Below, in pieces: positions 36,651-50,700 of a DNA stretch of 64,000 bases. This DNA comes from Paraspadella gotoi. Its lineage: Eukaryota; Animalia; Chaetognatha. The position numbers and the translations under genes were made by a program. The notes under the pieces were generated by a model that was given only the letters and a program-made list of their open reading frames with translations, ran no database searches and was not told the origin of the DNA. Numbering within the stretch: position 1 is the stretch's first letter; each line of letters begins with the position of its first letter. The DNA lies in contig CM119265.1 of NCBI GenBank assembly GCA_051294375.1, positions 1,552,654 to 1,616,653 on the forward strand, in the 5' to 3' direction.

Positions 36651-37470
36651 CTTCATTTCCTTCATCATAGATTTTGCGATGGCCAATGTCCCTCGATTTT
36701 AAATGACGTCAGGTGTGATTGAATTGAATTGATTTGAATTGATTGAATTGAAATGAATTGAATCGTAGATCGTACTCACAAATCAATCGTCTAAACAGAT
36801 GGTAAATTAAGAGAAGGTAACCCATTAGTTCAAATATCTCGTTACCAGGCGATGGGCAAAAAGAAGAACTTCATGAAGATCACGAATTCCACACCCAACA
36901 TTTTTCCCCATCCGACCTTGATTGCTTAGTATAGCTTAAACTTTTCACCCAGCCCAGTTTAAAATGTAGTTTTAAAAATAACTACCTATACAGTTTTATT
37001 TTAGCTATAATATCATATGTGTGCACTAAGAGTGTATATCGACGCTCCAGACAACTAACATATAAGTTAATCACATTCGTTGATTGAATTTAATGTCATA
37101 GTCATAATCATCGTCGTCGTCGTTTTCGTCTTGTCATCGGTGTCTTCCAAGCATCGGGGCGACGCCAACTTCGCACTGTTAATGTCATCTTAGACGGCGC
37201 ACGGCGTCGCGACGCCACGACCGTCGCCGCTTAACCCTCCGGCCACTCCGCCGCCACTTTTTCGCCATCGCCCGCCACTTCAGCCATCGCCGCCATTTCA
37301 GCCATCGCCGCCACCGCACTGGCGCTCTCGTGATCGTCGTCTTAGAAGTTCGTCGCGTTTTCGTCGTCGTCGTTTTACGTCGCGTCGAAGAACCAAACGT
37401 CGATTCCACCTTCCATCCGATTTGCCGCAAATTTCCTCACGCGACCAAAAACCGCTCCTCTTCTCTCACT

Positions 37471-37502
<32 letters not shown>

Positions 37503-37613
37503 GTCTCTCTCTTCTCTCTCTCTCTCTCTCTCTCTCTAGAGAAATAAGGTAGCTTTAAAGGCTCAAGGTGCCTAAAGCCGCAAGTAATTAATATTGTCTA
37601 TTGTCTCTCTCTC

Positions 37614-37670
<57 letters not shown>

Positions 37671-38176
37671 TCCACCCGTATGAAGTCACCGCGCGCGTCA
37701 TCGTCGCCGCGATCGACTCTCTCTCCCTCTCTCCTCTTCTCTCCTCTCTCTCCTATCTCTTGTAATTCTCCCCCTTTTTCTCTCCTTCCTCCCTTTCATA
37801 CTTTTCTCCCATATATTAAGACCCGACACGATTAACGGAACAAATTCCAAACAAATTTTCTTCTCAATTTTTTTTTTTCGTTCCCGAATTAATTTTCCTG
37901 AATTGAAAAAAAAAAATATCTCTGATTTATTCAATATTTCGCTCTTTCTGCTATTTCGTCACTCAATTCTCTTCTCACACTCGCTTTCAAACTAAACTTC
38001 TCTCTCTCAGACTAAATTTCTTTTCTCGCTCGCAATCAATTAAAAACAATTAACTCTCTTTCATAAAACGCTCGCTATTTTAACGAGTAAACTGAAGGAA
38101 ACTTTTTCGTCGCGCTGCTCGAAACTCTTCTCATTCGCCTCCGCCACAAATTTCATTCCCCAACGCCTCCTCCACA

Positions 38177-39855
38177 ATGTCGAACCAAGGCAGCGAAACC
38201 TCCTCCGACGGGCATCCGACGAGCATTCCCCCTCGAGGAGCTTGGCCCGACGTCGAGACCAAGGAGGGAGAGGTCAGCTTTCTCCTTCACCAGCAGGAAA
38301 GCTTTGGAGAGGGGTCTTCGAGTAAAAGCCTTACATCAACAGGCGCAGAAGGAAAGCCTAGGCCAAGCGCCTGCAGGTCACAGCGGACAGGTCAATTATG
38401 GTTCCAGAATCGTCGTCGGCGGGGAACCTCCCTCAGAAGCAGGCTTCCAAGTTATCTTCGTTGTGACTTCGTTGTCGTCGTCGTCGTTTTTTTAAAATAA
38501 AAATTATTATGAAAGTACGATAACTATTTTATAAAAGCGTGCGATCATAGTAGTTTGAAATTTAGATATGGCTTCTCATCTTGAAATAGCTTTGAAATTT
38601 TTATATTACATTTGGATTCAAGTATTTTTTGTTTGAGTAATTTCCACTTATTATGATTTACTGAATATGCAAATGAGATTTAGTACTCATATAATATCCA
38701 AAATACTATACTAGAAATGCTTTAATCTAATTTCACATCTGCAGTAAATAATATTGAAGATGAAATTCATAAAAATCTTTGAATCAATAAAAAACGTGTG
38801 AATCAAAAGACCTTTTAATGAGAACTATATCTTAATTTAATACAAATAAAATAAAATCTTTTACAACTATGATTGGAAAAAATTGTAACAATTTCCTAAT
38901 TATAAACAATTTGTAACATTTTTTCTTTTGTCTTTCTTTTATTTCTTCCTGCCTTTTCTGAATCGTTTTAAAAACGCAGTTTCAGGCTCAGTCTGTAGTG
39001 ACTGCACAGCGGTTCCTCTCTCTCTCTCTGTATACGATTTTTTGACGTGATCAGTATCGTTTTTTTGAAAAATTTTGATATTTTTTCCTCTAAAAACTTT
39101 TATTATCGCCATTTTATTCTGCGCTCTTTTTTCAATAAATCACATCATACAATCCCGCCGAAGTTGTGCCTCCGCGGTACCGCCGTCTCGAATGTTCCCT
39201 ATCTCATCTGCGCAGCAGCTGCCGCCGTCTCGTGCTGACCCCACTCTTAGCAGACACGCAGCTGTCTACTACCCGACGACGGCCGGAATACTATCCTCGA
39301 CCATATCATCTTCACAACACCCAATTAGCGGCGCCAGTCTTTCTTCGTCTACCGCGCCCAAATTCGACCCACAGCTCTGATCCGGCGGCGCCGCATTTCA
39401 CGCAGTCACGAAACCGGCGCCAATCAAAGCCGTTTCACAGACGCTTAGACGCCGCAGCTTCCTCCCGCGGGAAATTGAACTCTTTAAAGACAAGCGGAGC
39501 AAGCAGAGCCAGCGGAGCAAGCAGAGCAGCTAAAATCGCTCAACAAATATGCAAGGCTACCAGCAGCAGATCCACCAATTGGCCCAACAATATACAGATC
39601 ATTCTGCGCAAATGCAGAGGACGGTCTGAGTGCGCTATTCAGCCACGGCAGATGCAGCAAAGGGCTCCTCGTCTGCGCAATGGAATGACGTATCCGTCCA
39701 CGATGCCAAGGCTCTCCAACGCCGACGACCCCGTCAGCCCACAGGCTCACCCAAAATTACTTCAACTTCAGCGACTATGGCTCAATCGTTCCTCACTCGA
39801 GATTCACCAACCGTGGGCAGTGAACCTTGTGAACGGTTGGGATTCTGAGATGTGA
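38177..39855 (+). CDS. Divergent Q50 homeobox gene, copy A (frameshifted as assembled)
   Basis: ATG at 38177 (MSNQGSET..); homeobox at about 38255-38435 ending LWFQNRRRR. A GC-rich P/Q/S/A-rich 3' exon at about 39145-39855 shares both ends with the last exon of copy B. Confidence 0.7.
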
Positions 39856-40371
39856 TGAAATTACAGCGACTCTTTTATAGACCCTCTTTTCTCGAATAGA
39901 CGTGTTATCACACATGTGATCTATCTGTTATGTAATGATATTTTGATAATCTCCACCTTTTCATCATTGATTGATGATAATGATAGCGTTGAGTTCTTGT
40001 CACTTTTATTGTTTATATTATATTCACATGTTCATGTTCATTTTTGAATAAAAAGCACAGATCTCACTTATCTATCTTATATTAATTAAACAGTTTTACT
40101 TGTTATTTTCGAGTTATTTTAAAATGAAAGCAATATCTTAGTCGACGATCGTCATTTTTGGACGAGATTTGTTTTTCCAGTTTATTTTATTTTTTTTAAT
40201 CCAGTGTAATTAAAAGTTATAACTTGTCACTTAGTCTTAGCTGATTTTTCGCTGCTTTTACATTCACAGATCCATTCGTTTCTTTGTTTTAGTTTTTCCA
40301 GATTTCAATTTAGTTTAATAAAAGAAGTTTTCAGAAAAAGTATATTTTCCTTTCATATATTTCGCTTTAGT

Positions 40372-40900
40372 ACTAGAGAACCAATTGAAATAACTTCCAA
40401 GTTATCACCATTCAGATAGATCTGACTCAAACAGTTTCCCAATTGTTAAAACGATATACGAACTCATTTCCACTCAGACGATTCCATCGAAACTTTATTT
40501 CCAGTTTAATCACACACTTTCCTACCCACATACAAAATTTTAAGTCAATTGCCCCATTCACTCATGAGTAATTGACGTTCAAATATGAAATATATTTTTT
40601 TGGTTTTTCCATTTCAACTCATTTCCACTCGCACGATCATCGAAACTTCATATCCAGCTCAATCACACATACAAAATTTCATTTTAATCCACCATCCAAT
40701 CACGAGCAATTGGAGTTTTTTGCCAAATTGGGACGGACAGACGGACGGAGGACGGACATCGTTTTTTTTGCATAAATTTTCATAATTTGATATTCTGAAA
40801 TCATATAAGTGAATGCCCGACAAGATTGTGGGGCGGACCGACGGACCGACAAAGCGAATTATAGAGTCGGGATCTGCTGATAAGCAGATCCGACTAAAAA
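40372..40900 (-). mobile_element. Helentron/DINE-1-like non-autonomous element
   Basis: TTTTTAGTCGGATCTGC-ttatca-GCAGATCCCGACTCTATA terminal hairpin, (GTCC/GTCT)n microsatellite, two internal repeats of about 160 bp, and a CTAGT end. Confidence 0.65.
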
Positions 40901-42154
40901 GAAGCTAAAAACTCATCCACAAAATAAGAAAAAAGAAAAGAAATTAAGCAAAATCGACAAAAACTTTCCCTGACTATTCCCGGACAAATGAGCAATTGAC
41001 CATGGCCGCCAAAACTACTGGCTTCCTTCCCGTCCATCAACGCCGGCCGACGAGGACGACAAAGAAACGCCGCTGACTCTTAGACCGACGGCCGCCGGAA
41101 CCCAAGGCGCCGGACGTGACGAGGCTTTCCACGACGCGGTCCGCCGCAACATCAAACGTTTTATGACAAGTGAACACAATGACCAAGAACCGCAGACAAC
41201 ATATCAGTAACCCAACAAATCTCCTTTTATTATTAATAACTAATGCTATCAAAAAAGGAAAAGTACTGAATGAAAAAATATCAATTAATGAAAGAAGTGC
41301 TGAAAGAAGTAAGATTAAAAATTTCAAAGTTGAACTGAGTCAAAAAATTCAAAGTGCTCGACCGACGAAATCAAAAAATGTGTATTTTCTTATGATAAAA
41401 ATTCTCGGTTGTTATTCGCAGTTTATGAGTTAATTGAACGATAACAGTTTTTGACTTTTATATTTTGATAATTCACTCAGTCGGTCAGTCGGTCGGTCTG
41501 CAAAGAATTCGCCTCTTGTTCGTTGATTATTTGTTAATGTTAAGACAGGAAAAAACCTCAAATCTAAGGACTGCTGAAACTATAAGGAATAAAAGAATCG
41601 ATGCAGTGCATGTCATTTTATGTCATATCATGTGATCAAAGGGAAATACACATGAAAATAACGTCACAGCGGCGCAACCCATTGAAATCATTTGTTGGGA
41701 GGGCTTGGTACAAGATTATACTATTTTTTAGCTACTAGCTACTAGCTACAAGAGAGACAGAATATTAAGAAAAAGGGGAAAAATAAAAAAAAAAGAAAAA
41801 AAAAAGAAAGAAAGAAAGAAACAGAGAACGAAATAAAGTTAGAAAAATAGAAAGATAGAAAGACAGAAAGAAAAGATAGAAGATAAAGGCGAAAAAGAAA
41901 GAAAGTAATGCGAATGAAAAGAGAAGAAAGATATGAAGATAATTGAAAGTAAAGAAATACTTTTCACGAATCCAAAATTTGCTTATCTTAAGTTTGAAAA
42001 CAAAACTTATCTTCTCGTTTAAAATAAAATAAATACTTTTATTGGCGACTGAATTTGAAGCAGCGACACAGAATTGAAGCCGGTTGGGGGGGGGGGCAAT
42101 TAGTTCGAGTTCATTCGGCTCTCCATCCCTAAAGCGCCACATTTCTGTTGTTAA

Positions 42155-42560
42155 CCCCTAAAAAATTAATTTTAACCTTAATCCCTAAACCTTAATCCCT
42201 AACTTAATCCCTAAACCTTAATCCCCTAACCTATCCCTAAACTTAATTCCCTAACCTTAATCCTAACTTAATCCCTAACCTTAATCCTAACCTTATCCTA
42301 ACCTTAATCCCTAACCTTAATCCTAACCTAATCCCTAACTTAATCCCTAACCTAATCCCTAACTTAATTTCCTACCTTAATCCCTAACCTAATCCTAACT
42401 TAATCCCTAACCTAATCCCTAACCTAATCCCTAACCTTAATCCCTAAACTTAATTCCTAACCTTAATCCTAACCTAATCCTAACCTTAATCCCTAACCTT
42501 AATCCCTAACCTTAATCCCTAAACTTAATCCATAACCTTAGATCCTAACCACTAATCTTT
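42155..42560 (-). repeat. Telomere-like 13-mer array (CCCTAACCTTAAT)n, interstitial
   Basis: About 30 degenerate units inside a putative element spanning about 42130-42625. Confidence 0.9.
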
Positions 42561-43479
42561 AAGCCAATAAACTATCTTAATTTAGATTTAAGATGAAAGG
42601 GCGTTCCGAGAAATAAGCCCGTTTTATTCTTGGCGGAGAAAAATATCGGAATTTATAAAAACAAGAAGGGTGATTCAAATGTGTTGCGCCACAGTGACTT
42701 CCTTATCACTTGTATTTCTCGTGACTTGACATACGTGACATGACGTGACATAACATTACACGATTAATAATCTTTACCCTGTATTTATGACACTCTTCAT
42801 ATTTAATTCTATTTAGTTTTTAAGACTTTCCGAAGGCGGCGCTTGCAGTCACTTAGATTTGAGGTTCTTTTTCTGTCTTAACAAAAGAGCAACCAACTAT
42901 AGGAAATTATATGCATTTAAGTAAGTGGAACAGACCTACAGATCGACAGACCGACCGAGTGTGCCGCGGCGCAACAAAAAATGGGGAGAGGGTGGTCGAG
43001 ACGGAATACGAAAGGGAAGGCTGGGGTAGGGAAAGGAGGGAGGGAGGAGGGGGAGAATGGGGAGGAAAGAAAGAAAAACATCCAGGGNNNNNNNNNNNNN
43101 NNNNNNNNNNNNTCCGTCTCGACCACCCTCTCCCCATTTTTTGTTGCGCCGCGAGCACTCGGTCGGTCTGTCGATCTGTAGGTCTGTTCCACTTACTTAA
43201 ATGCATATAATTTCCCTATAGTTGGTTGCTCTTTTGTTAAGACAGAAAAAGAACCTCAAATCTAAGTGACTGCAAGCGCCGCCTTCAGGAATCTTAAAAC
43301 TAAATAGAATTAAATAGAATTATGTAGTAATGTTATGTCACGTCATGTCACGTCATGTCAAGTCACGAGAAATACAAGTGATAATGAAGTCACTGTGGCG
43401 CAACACATTTGAATCACCCTTCTTGTTTTTATGAAATTCCGATATTTTTCTCCGCCAAGAATAAAACGGGCCTTATTTT

Positions 43480-44070
43480 CTCGGAACGCCCCTTTTCATC
43501 TTAAATTCGAAATTAAGATTATTATTGGCTTAAAGATTACGGGTTAGGGATTAAGGTTAAGGATTAAGTTTAGGGATTAAGGTTAGGGATTAAGTTTGAT
43601 TGGATTAAGGTTAAGGATTAAGTTAGGTTAGGTTAGGGATTAAGGTTAGGGATTAAGTTTATGGATTGAGAGGTTAGGATTAAGTTTAGGGATTAAGGTT
43701 AGGGATTAAGGTTAGGGATTTTAAGTTTATTGGATTAAGGTTAGGGATTAAGTTTAGGGATTAAGGTTAGGGATTAAGTTTAGGGATTAATGTTTGGGAT
43801 TAAGTTATGGATTAAGGTTAGGGATTAAGTTTAGGATTAAGGTTAGGGATTAAGGTTAGGGATTAAGTTTAGGAATTAAGGTTAGGGATTTAAGGTTAGG
43901 GATCAAGGTTAGGGATTAGTTTAGGGATTTAAGGTTAGGGATTAAGTTTAGGATTAAGGGTTTAGGGATTAAGGTTAGGATTAAAGGTTAGGGATTAAGG
44001 TTAGGGATTAAGATTAGGATTAAGGTTAAGGATTAAGGTTAGGGATCAAGGTTAGGGATTAAGGTTAAAT
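43480..44070 (+). repeat. Telomere-like 13-mer array (GGTTAGGGATTAA)n
   Basis: Inverted copy of 42155-42560 with a longer array; third copy at 48290-48870. Confidence 0.9.
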
Positions 44071-45376
44071 ATTAAAGTTAAAATTAATTTTTTAGGGATT
44101 AACAAACAGAAATGTGGCGCTTTAGGGATGGAGAGCCGAATGAACTCGAACTAATTGACCCCCCCCCCCAACCGGCTTCAATTCTGTGTCGCTGCTTCAA
44201 AATTCAGTCGCCAATAAAAGTATTTATTTTATTTTAAACGAGAAGATAAGTTTTGTTTCAAACTTAAGATAAGCAAATTTTGGATTCGTGAAAAGTATTT
44301 CTTTACTTTCAATTATCTTCATATCTTTCTTCTCTTTTCATTCGGACATTACTTTCTTCTTTTTCGCCTTTTTTATTACCTTCCTTTCTTTCTATCTTTC
44401 TTTCTGTCTTTCTATCTTTCTATTTTTCTAACTTTATTTCGTTCTCTGTTTCTTTCTTTCTTTCTTTTTTTTTCTTTTTTTTTTCTTTATTTTTCCCCCT
44501 TTTTCTTAAATATTCTGTCTCTCTTGTAGCTAGTAGCTAGTAGCTAAAAAATAGTATAATCTTGTACCAAGCCCTCCCAACAAATGATTTCAATGGGTTG
44601 CGCCGCTGTGACGTTATTTTCATGTGTATTTCCCTTTGATCACATGATATGACATAAAATGACATGCACTGCATCGATTCTTTTATTCCTTATAGTTTCA
44701 GCAGTCCCTTAGATTTGAGGTTTTTTCCTGTCTTAACATTAACAAATAATCAACGAACAAGAGGCGAATTCTTTGCAGACCGACCGACTGACCGACTGAG
44801 TGAATTATCAAAATATAAAAGTCAAAAACTTTTATTGTTCAATTAACTCATAAACTGCGAATAACAACCGAGAATTTTTATCATAAGAAAATACACATTT
44901 TTTGATTTCGTCGGTCGAGCACTTTGAATTTTTTGGACTCAGTTCAACTTTGAAATTTTTAATCTTACTTCTTTCAGCACTTCTTTCATTAATTGATATT
45001 TTTCATTCATTACTTTTCCTTTTTTGATAGCATTAGTTATTAATAATAAAAGGAGATTTGTTGGGTTACTGATATGTTGTCTGCGGTTCTTGGTCATTGT
45101 GTTCACTTGTCATAAAACGTTTGATGTTGCGGCGGACCGCGTCGTGGAAAGCCTCGTCACGTCCGGCGCCTTGGGTTCCGGCGGCGTCGGTCTAAGAGTC
45201 AGCGGCGTTTCTTTGTCGTCCTCGTCGGCCGGCGTTGATGGACGGGAAGGAAGCCAGTAGTTTTTGGCGGCCATGGTCAATTGCTCATTTGTCCGGGAAT
45301 AGTCAGGGAAAGTTGTTTGTCGATTTTGCTTAATTTCTTTTCTTTTTTCTTATTTTGTGGATGAGTTTTTAGCTTC

Positions 45377-45912
45377 TTTTTAGTCGGATCTGCTTATCAG
45401 CAGATCCCGACTCTATAATTCGCTTTGTCGGTCCGTCGGTCCGCCCCCACAATCTTGTCGGGCATTCACTTATATGATTTCAGAATATCAAATTATGACA
45501 AATTATGCAAAAAAACGATGTCCGTCCCTCCGTCCGTCTGTCCGTCCCAATTTGGCAAAAAACTCCAATTGCTCGTGATTGGATGGATGGATTAAAATGA
45601 AATTTTGTATGTGTGATTGAGCTGGATATGAAGTTTCGATGGAATCGTGCGAGTGGAAATGAGTTGAAATGGAAAAACCAAAAAAATATATTTCACTATT
45701 TGAACGTCAATTACTCATGAGTGAATGGGGCAATTGACTTAAAATTTTGTATGTGGGTAGGAAAGTGTGTGATTAAACTGGAAATAAAGTTTCGATGGAA
45801 TCGTCTGAGTGGAAATGAGTTCGTATATCGTTTTAACAATTGGGAAAACTGTTTGAGTCAGATCTATCTGAATGGTGATAACTTGGAAGTTATTTCAATT
45901 GGTTTCTCTAGT
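45377..45912 (+). mobile_element. Helentron/DINE-1-like element (inverted copy; third copy at about 50235-50820)
   Basis: Same hairpin, GTCC microsatellite and CTAGT end as 40372-40900. Confidence 0.6.
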
Positions 45913-47646
45913 ACTAAGCGAAATATATGAAAGGAAAATATAACTTTTTCTGAAAACTTCTTTTATTAAACTAAATTGAAATCTGGAAAAACTAAAACAA
46001 AGAAACGAATGGATCTGTGAATGTAAAAGCAGCGAAAAATCAGCTAAGACTAAGTGACAAGTAATAAACTTTTAATTACACTGGATTAAAAAAATAAAGA
46101 AAAACCAAATCCGCCAAAAATGAGCGTCGTTCGACTAAGATATTGCTTTCATTTTAAAAATTAATGGAAAATAACAAGTTGTTTAATTAATATAAGATAG
46201 ATAAGTGAGATCTGTGCTTTTAATTCAAAAATGAACATGAACATGTGAATATAAATATAAACAANNNNNNNNNNNNNNNNNNNNNNNNNCGACGGGACCA
46301 TGTCGGCCTTGTTGATGTGATCGCTCGTCTCCTTCACGAATCATCAGAAAACCGACCAATCACAGACCTTATTTCAACCTATAGACCGACCAATGGAACC
46401 GACAGAGAGACTCAGGGGTCGATGGCCGAGATTGTCGGGATCTCGAGAGATTCTCTCAACATCCAACCTCAAGAAGGCAATCTTCTTCTTCAATTAAATA
46501 TTTGTCATCACCTTTGAAGTAACCTTTGTCATTCGTGTCGTCGATTACATTCGCCATCATCCTTAAATCATTGTCCGTCATTAATAAAAACTATGTTCAA
46601 CCCTCGTCATTTTATTAAACTTCTACGATATAATATAATATTTCTTGATTAGGGTTTAGGCTTTGTCGTCGCGCATATGCATATGCATAAGTTTCGCCCC
46701 GCCTGAAAGCACGGTGGCTCACTGAGTAAAGCCATCGGACCACTAGGTAGCCGGGTCAATCCCAGCCCGGTACCATTCATCCACAGCTTAACCAGATAAA
46801 TCCACTGACCTGTGAGGGCGCAACGCTGACGTTCAATTTCATGCCAATTGAAAATAGGAAATCTGGATTCTGTCTTGCCTCAAATAAGGCTTGCGTCCTT
46901 TGGAACCCATTGTCCTTTCCATCTCAGTGGCTGGACAATGGAGTGCTGGAGAATTTGGTCCCGGTTGTTGAGGTCGATCGGCTTCAAGTAAGGCGGCGGG
47001 CTTTGTGATAATCATATTGTTAATGGGGTCACATTTTGATCGTTACAAATCGTATCTCTCTCTTTTTCTCTCTACTATTCTAATCTATCTCTTGGACTTA
47101 CTTGGACATGCCGCTTCTGACGGCAATTAATTGAGGACAGCGCCGAAAAAGACAGAAGACTCAACATTTTCGTCGATGAAGAAAAAAAGAGTCGCCTGAT
47201 TAAAAACAAAAAAAGAAAAAAGTTAGTATATATTCTCTACTATTTACTATTACTAATTATATTGTGATTTCTTCATTTACCTATTATTACTATTAACTGA
47301 CACACAAAAGGTTTAATTCTTTTCTTTGCAACAGGCCAAAGTAATGAGGAACAACAGATATCGAGATAAGACGGACAGACGTGCGTGAGTGAGTCCAACT
47401 AATAGTCTAAAATATTATTTTAAGGTCACCAACATTACAATTTATACTTTCTATCTATAATTTCTCGATCGAGTATGTATATTTTGTAATACAAAGTGAA
47501 AGTTAAGCTTTAAAGAGACTCACCGATAGAAGACCTGAAAGGAATAAAAGAAAATATTGACCAGAGAAAATAGAATTAGATTCTTTTGACGACTCGGGGG
47601 ATTTTCTCTTCTTCCTTTTTATACATTATTTATATTCCTTATCTCT

Positions 47647-47709
<63 letters not shown>

Positions 47710-50700
47710 GGATGTTTTTTCTCTTCCTCCCCCATTCTTCCCCCTTCTCCCTCCCTCCTTTCCCTACCCCAAGCCTTTCCCTTTCGTATTCCGTCTCGAC
47801 CACCCTCTCCCCATTTTTTGTTGCGCCGCGAGCACTCGGGTCGGTCTTGGTCGATCTGTAGTAGGTCTGTTCCACTTACTTAAATGCATATAATTTCCCT
47901 ATAGTTGCGTTGCCTTATTTGTTAAGACAGAAAAAAGAACCTCAAAATCTAAGTGACTGCAAGCGCCGGCCTTCAGGAAGTTCTTAAAACTTAAATAGAA
48001 TTAAATAGAATTAAAGATGATGAAGAGCATGTCATAAATACACGTGCTAAGAAAGTTATTGAAGTCATTGTAGTAATGTTATGTCACGTCATGTCTACGT
48101 CAGTTTCAAGTCACGAGAAATACAAGTGATAATGAAGTCACTGTGTGCGCAAACACATTTGAATCACCCTTCTTGTTTTTTTATGAAATTTCCGATATTT
48201 TTCTCGCCAAGAATAAACGGGCCTTTTTTCTTCGAAACGCCTCTTTTCATCTTACAATTCGAAATTAGATATTATGGCTTAAAGATTACGGGTTAGGGAT
48301 TAAGGTTAAAGGATTTAAGTTTAGGATTAAGTTAGGGATTAAGTTTAGGAGTTAAGGTTAGGGGATTAAGGTTAGGGATTAAGTTTATGGATTAAGGTTA
48401 GGGATTTAAGTTTAGGCGCATTAAGGTTAGGGGATTAAAGTTTATGGGATGAAGGTTAGGATTTAAGTTTAGGGGGGATTTAAGGTTAGGATTAAGGTTA
48501 GGGATTAAGTTTATGGATTAAGGTTAGGGATATTAGGGATTAAGGTTAGGGATTAAGCTTTTAGGAATTAATGTTTGGGATTAAGTTTATGATTAAGGTT
48601 AGGGATTAAGTTTAGGGATTAAGTTTTAGGCAGATTAAGCGTAGCGGGATTAAGTTAGGAATTAAGGTTAGGGATTAAGGTTAGGGATCAAGGTTAGGAT
48701 AAGTTTAGGGGATTAAGGTTAGGGATTTAAGTTTAGGATTAAGGGTTAGGGATTAAAGGTTAGGGATTAAGGTTAGGATTAAGTTTAGGGATTAAGTTTA
48801 GGGATTTAAGATTAGGATTAAGGCTTAAGCGATTAAGGTTAGGGATCAAGGTTAGGATTAAGGTTAAAATATTAAAGTTTAAAATTATTTTTAGGGATTA
48901 ACAAACAGAAAATGTGGCGCTTTAGGGATTGGAGAGCGAATGAACTCGAAACTAATGACCCCCCCCCCCACCGCTTCAATTTCTTGATATATGTCGCTGC
49001 TTCAAAATTAACAGTCGCACAATTAAAAGTATTTATTTTATTGTTTAAACGAGAAGATAAGTTTTGTTTTCAAACTTAAGATAAGCAAATTTTGGCACTT
49101 CGTGAAAAGTATTTCTTTACTTTCAATTATCTTCATATCTTTCTTTCTCTTTTCATTCGGACATTACTTTCTTCTTTTTCGCCTTTTTTATTACACTTCC
49201 TTTCTTCTATCTTTCTTTCTGTCTTTCTATCTTTCTATTTTCTAACTTTATTTCGTTCTCTGTTTCTTTCTTTCTTTCTTTTTTTTTTTCTTTTTTCTTT
49301 TCTTTATTTTCCCCCTTTTTTCTTAAATATTTCTGTCTCTCTTGTAGCTAGTAGCTAGTAGCTAAAAAATAGTTATAATTCTTGTTACCAAGGCCCTCCC
49401 AACAACATGATTTCAATGGGGTTCGCCGCACTGTGACGTTTGATTTTCATGTGTATTTCCTTTGATCACATGATATGACATAAAATGACATTGCACTGCA
49501 GTCGCATTCTTTTATTCCTTATAGTTTCAGCAGTCCCTTAGATTTGAGTTTTCCTGTCTTAACATTAAACCAAATAAATCAACGAAAACAAGAGGCGAAT
49601 TCTTTGCAGATCGACCGACTGACCGACTGACGTGAATTTATCAAAATATAAAAGTCAAAAACTTTTATTGTTCAATTAACTCATAAACTGCGCCAAATAA
49701 ACAACCGAAATTTTTATCATAAGAAAATACACATTTTTGATTTCGGCGGGTCGAGCACTTTGAATTTTTGCGGACTCAGTTCAACTTTTGAAATTTTTAA
49801 TCTTACTTCTTTCAGCACTTACTTTCATTAATTTGATGTTTCATTCATTAACTTTTCCTTTTTTGATTAGCATTAGTTATTAATAATTAAAAGGAGATTG
49901 TGGGTTTACTGATATGTTGTCTGCGGTTCTTGGTCATTGTGGTTCACTTGTTCTATAAAACGTTTTGATGTTGCGGCGGACGCGTCGTGGGAAAAGCGCT
50001 CGTCACGTCCGGCCGCCTTGGGTTCCGGCCGCCGTCGGTCTAAGAGTCAGCGGCGTTTCTTTGTCGTCCTCGTCGGCCGGCGTTGATGGACGGCGAAGGG
50101 AAGCAGTAGTTTTTGGCGCGCCATGCGTCAATTGCTCATTTGTCCGGGGAATAGGTTCAGGGAAAGTTGTTTTGTCGATTTTGCTTAATTTCATTTTCTT
50201 TTATTCTTGATTTTTGTGGATGAGTTTTTAGCTTCTTTTTAGTTCGGATCTGTTATCAGCAGATCCCGGGACTCTATTAATTCGCTTTGTCGGTTCCCGG
50301 TCGGTCCGCCCCCACAATCTTGTCGGGCATTTCACTTATATGATTTCAGAATATCGAATTATGGCATAAATTATGAAAAAAAAACGAATTGTCCGTCCCC
50401 CGTCCGTCCGTTCCGTCCGTCCCAATTGGCAAAAAACTCCAATGTTCGTGATTGGATGGATGGATTAAAATGAAAATTTTTTATGTAGGCTAGGAAGTTG
50501 TGTGATTGAGCTGGATATGAAGTTTCGGATGTAATCGTGCGATTGGGAAATGAGTTAAAATGGAAAAAACCAAAAAGATATATTCAATATGTTTGAACGT
50601 CAATTACTCATGATGTGAATGCGGCAATTTGGACTTGAAATTTTGTATGTGCGGTAGGAAAGTGTGTGCATTAAGCTGGAAATCATTTTCGATTGGAATC

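Larger units (their letters stand above)
40010..46264. repeat. Inverted repeat of about 3.1 kb (40010-43087 vs 43113-46264) centred on a 25-N gap
   Basis: Reverse-complement collinearity of the DINE-like element, the GC island and the 13-mer array. A third copy lies at 47700-51100. Confidence 0.85.

Noticed and set aside
42155-44070. Telomere fusion or hairpin chromosome end
   Set aside because: The unit is a 13-mer inside an element with dispersed relatives, and the symmetry axis is an assembly gap.
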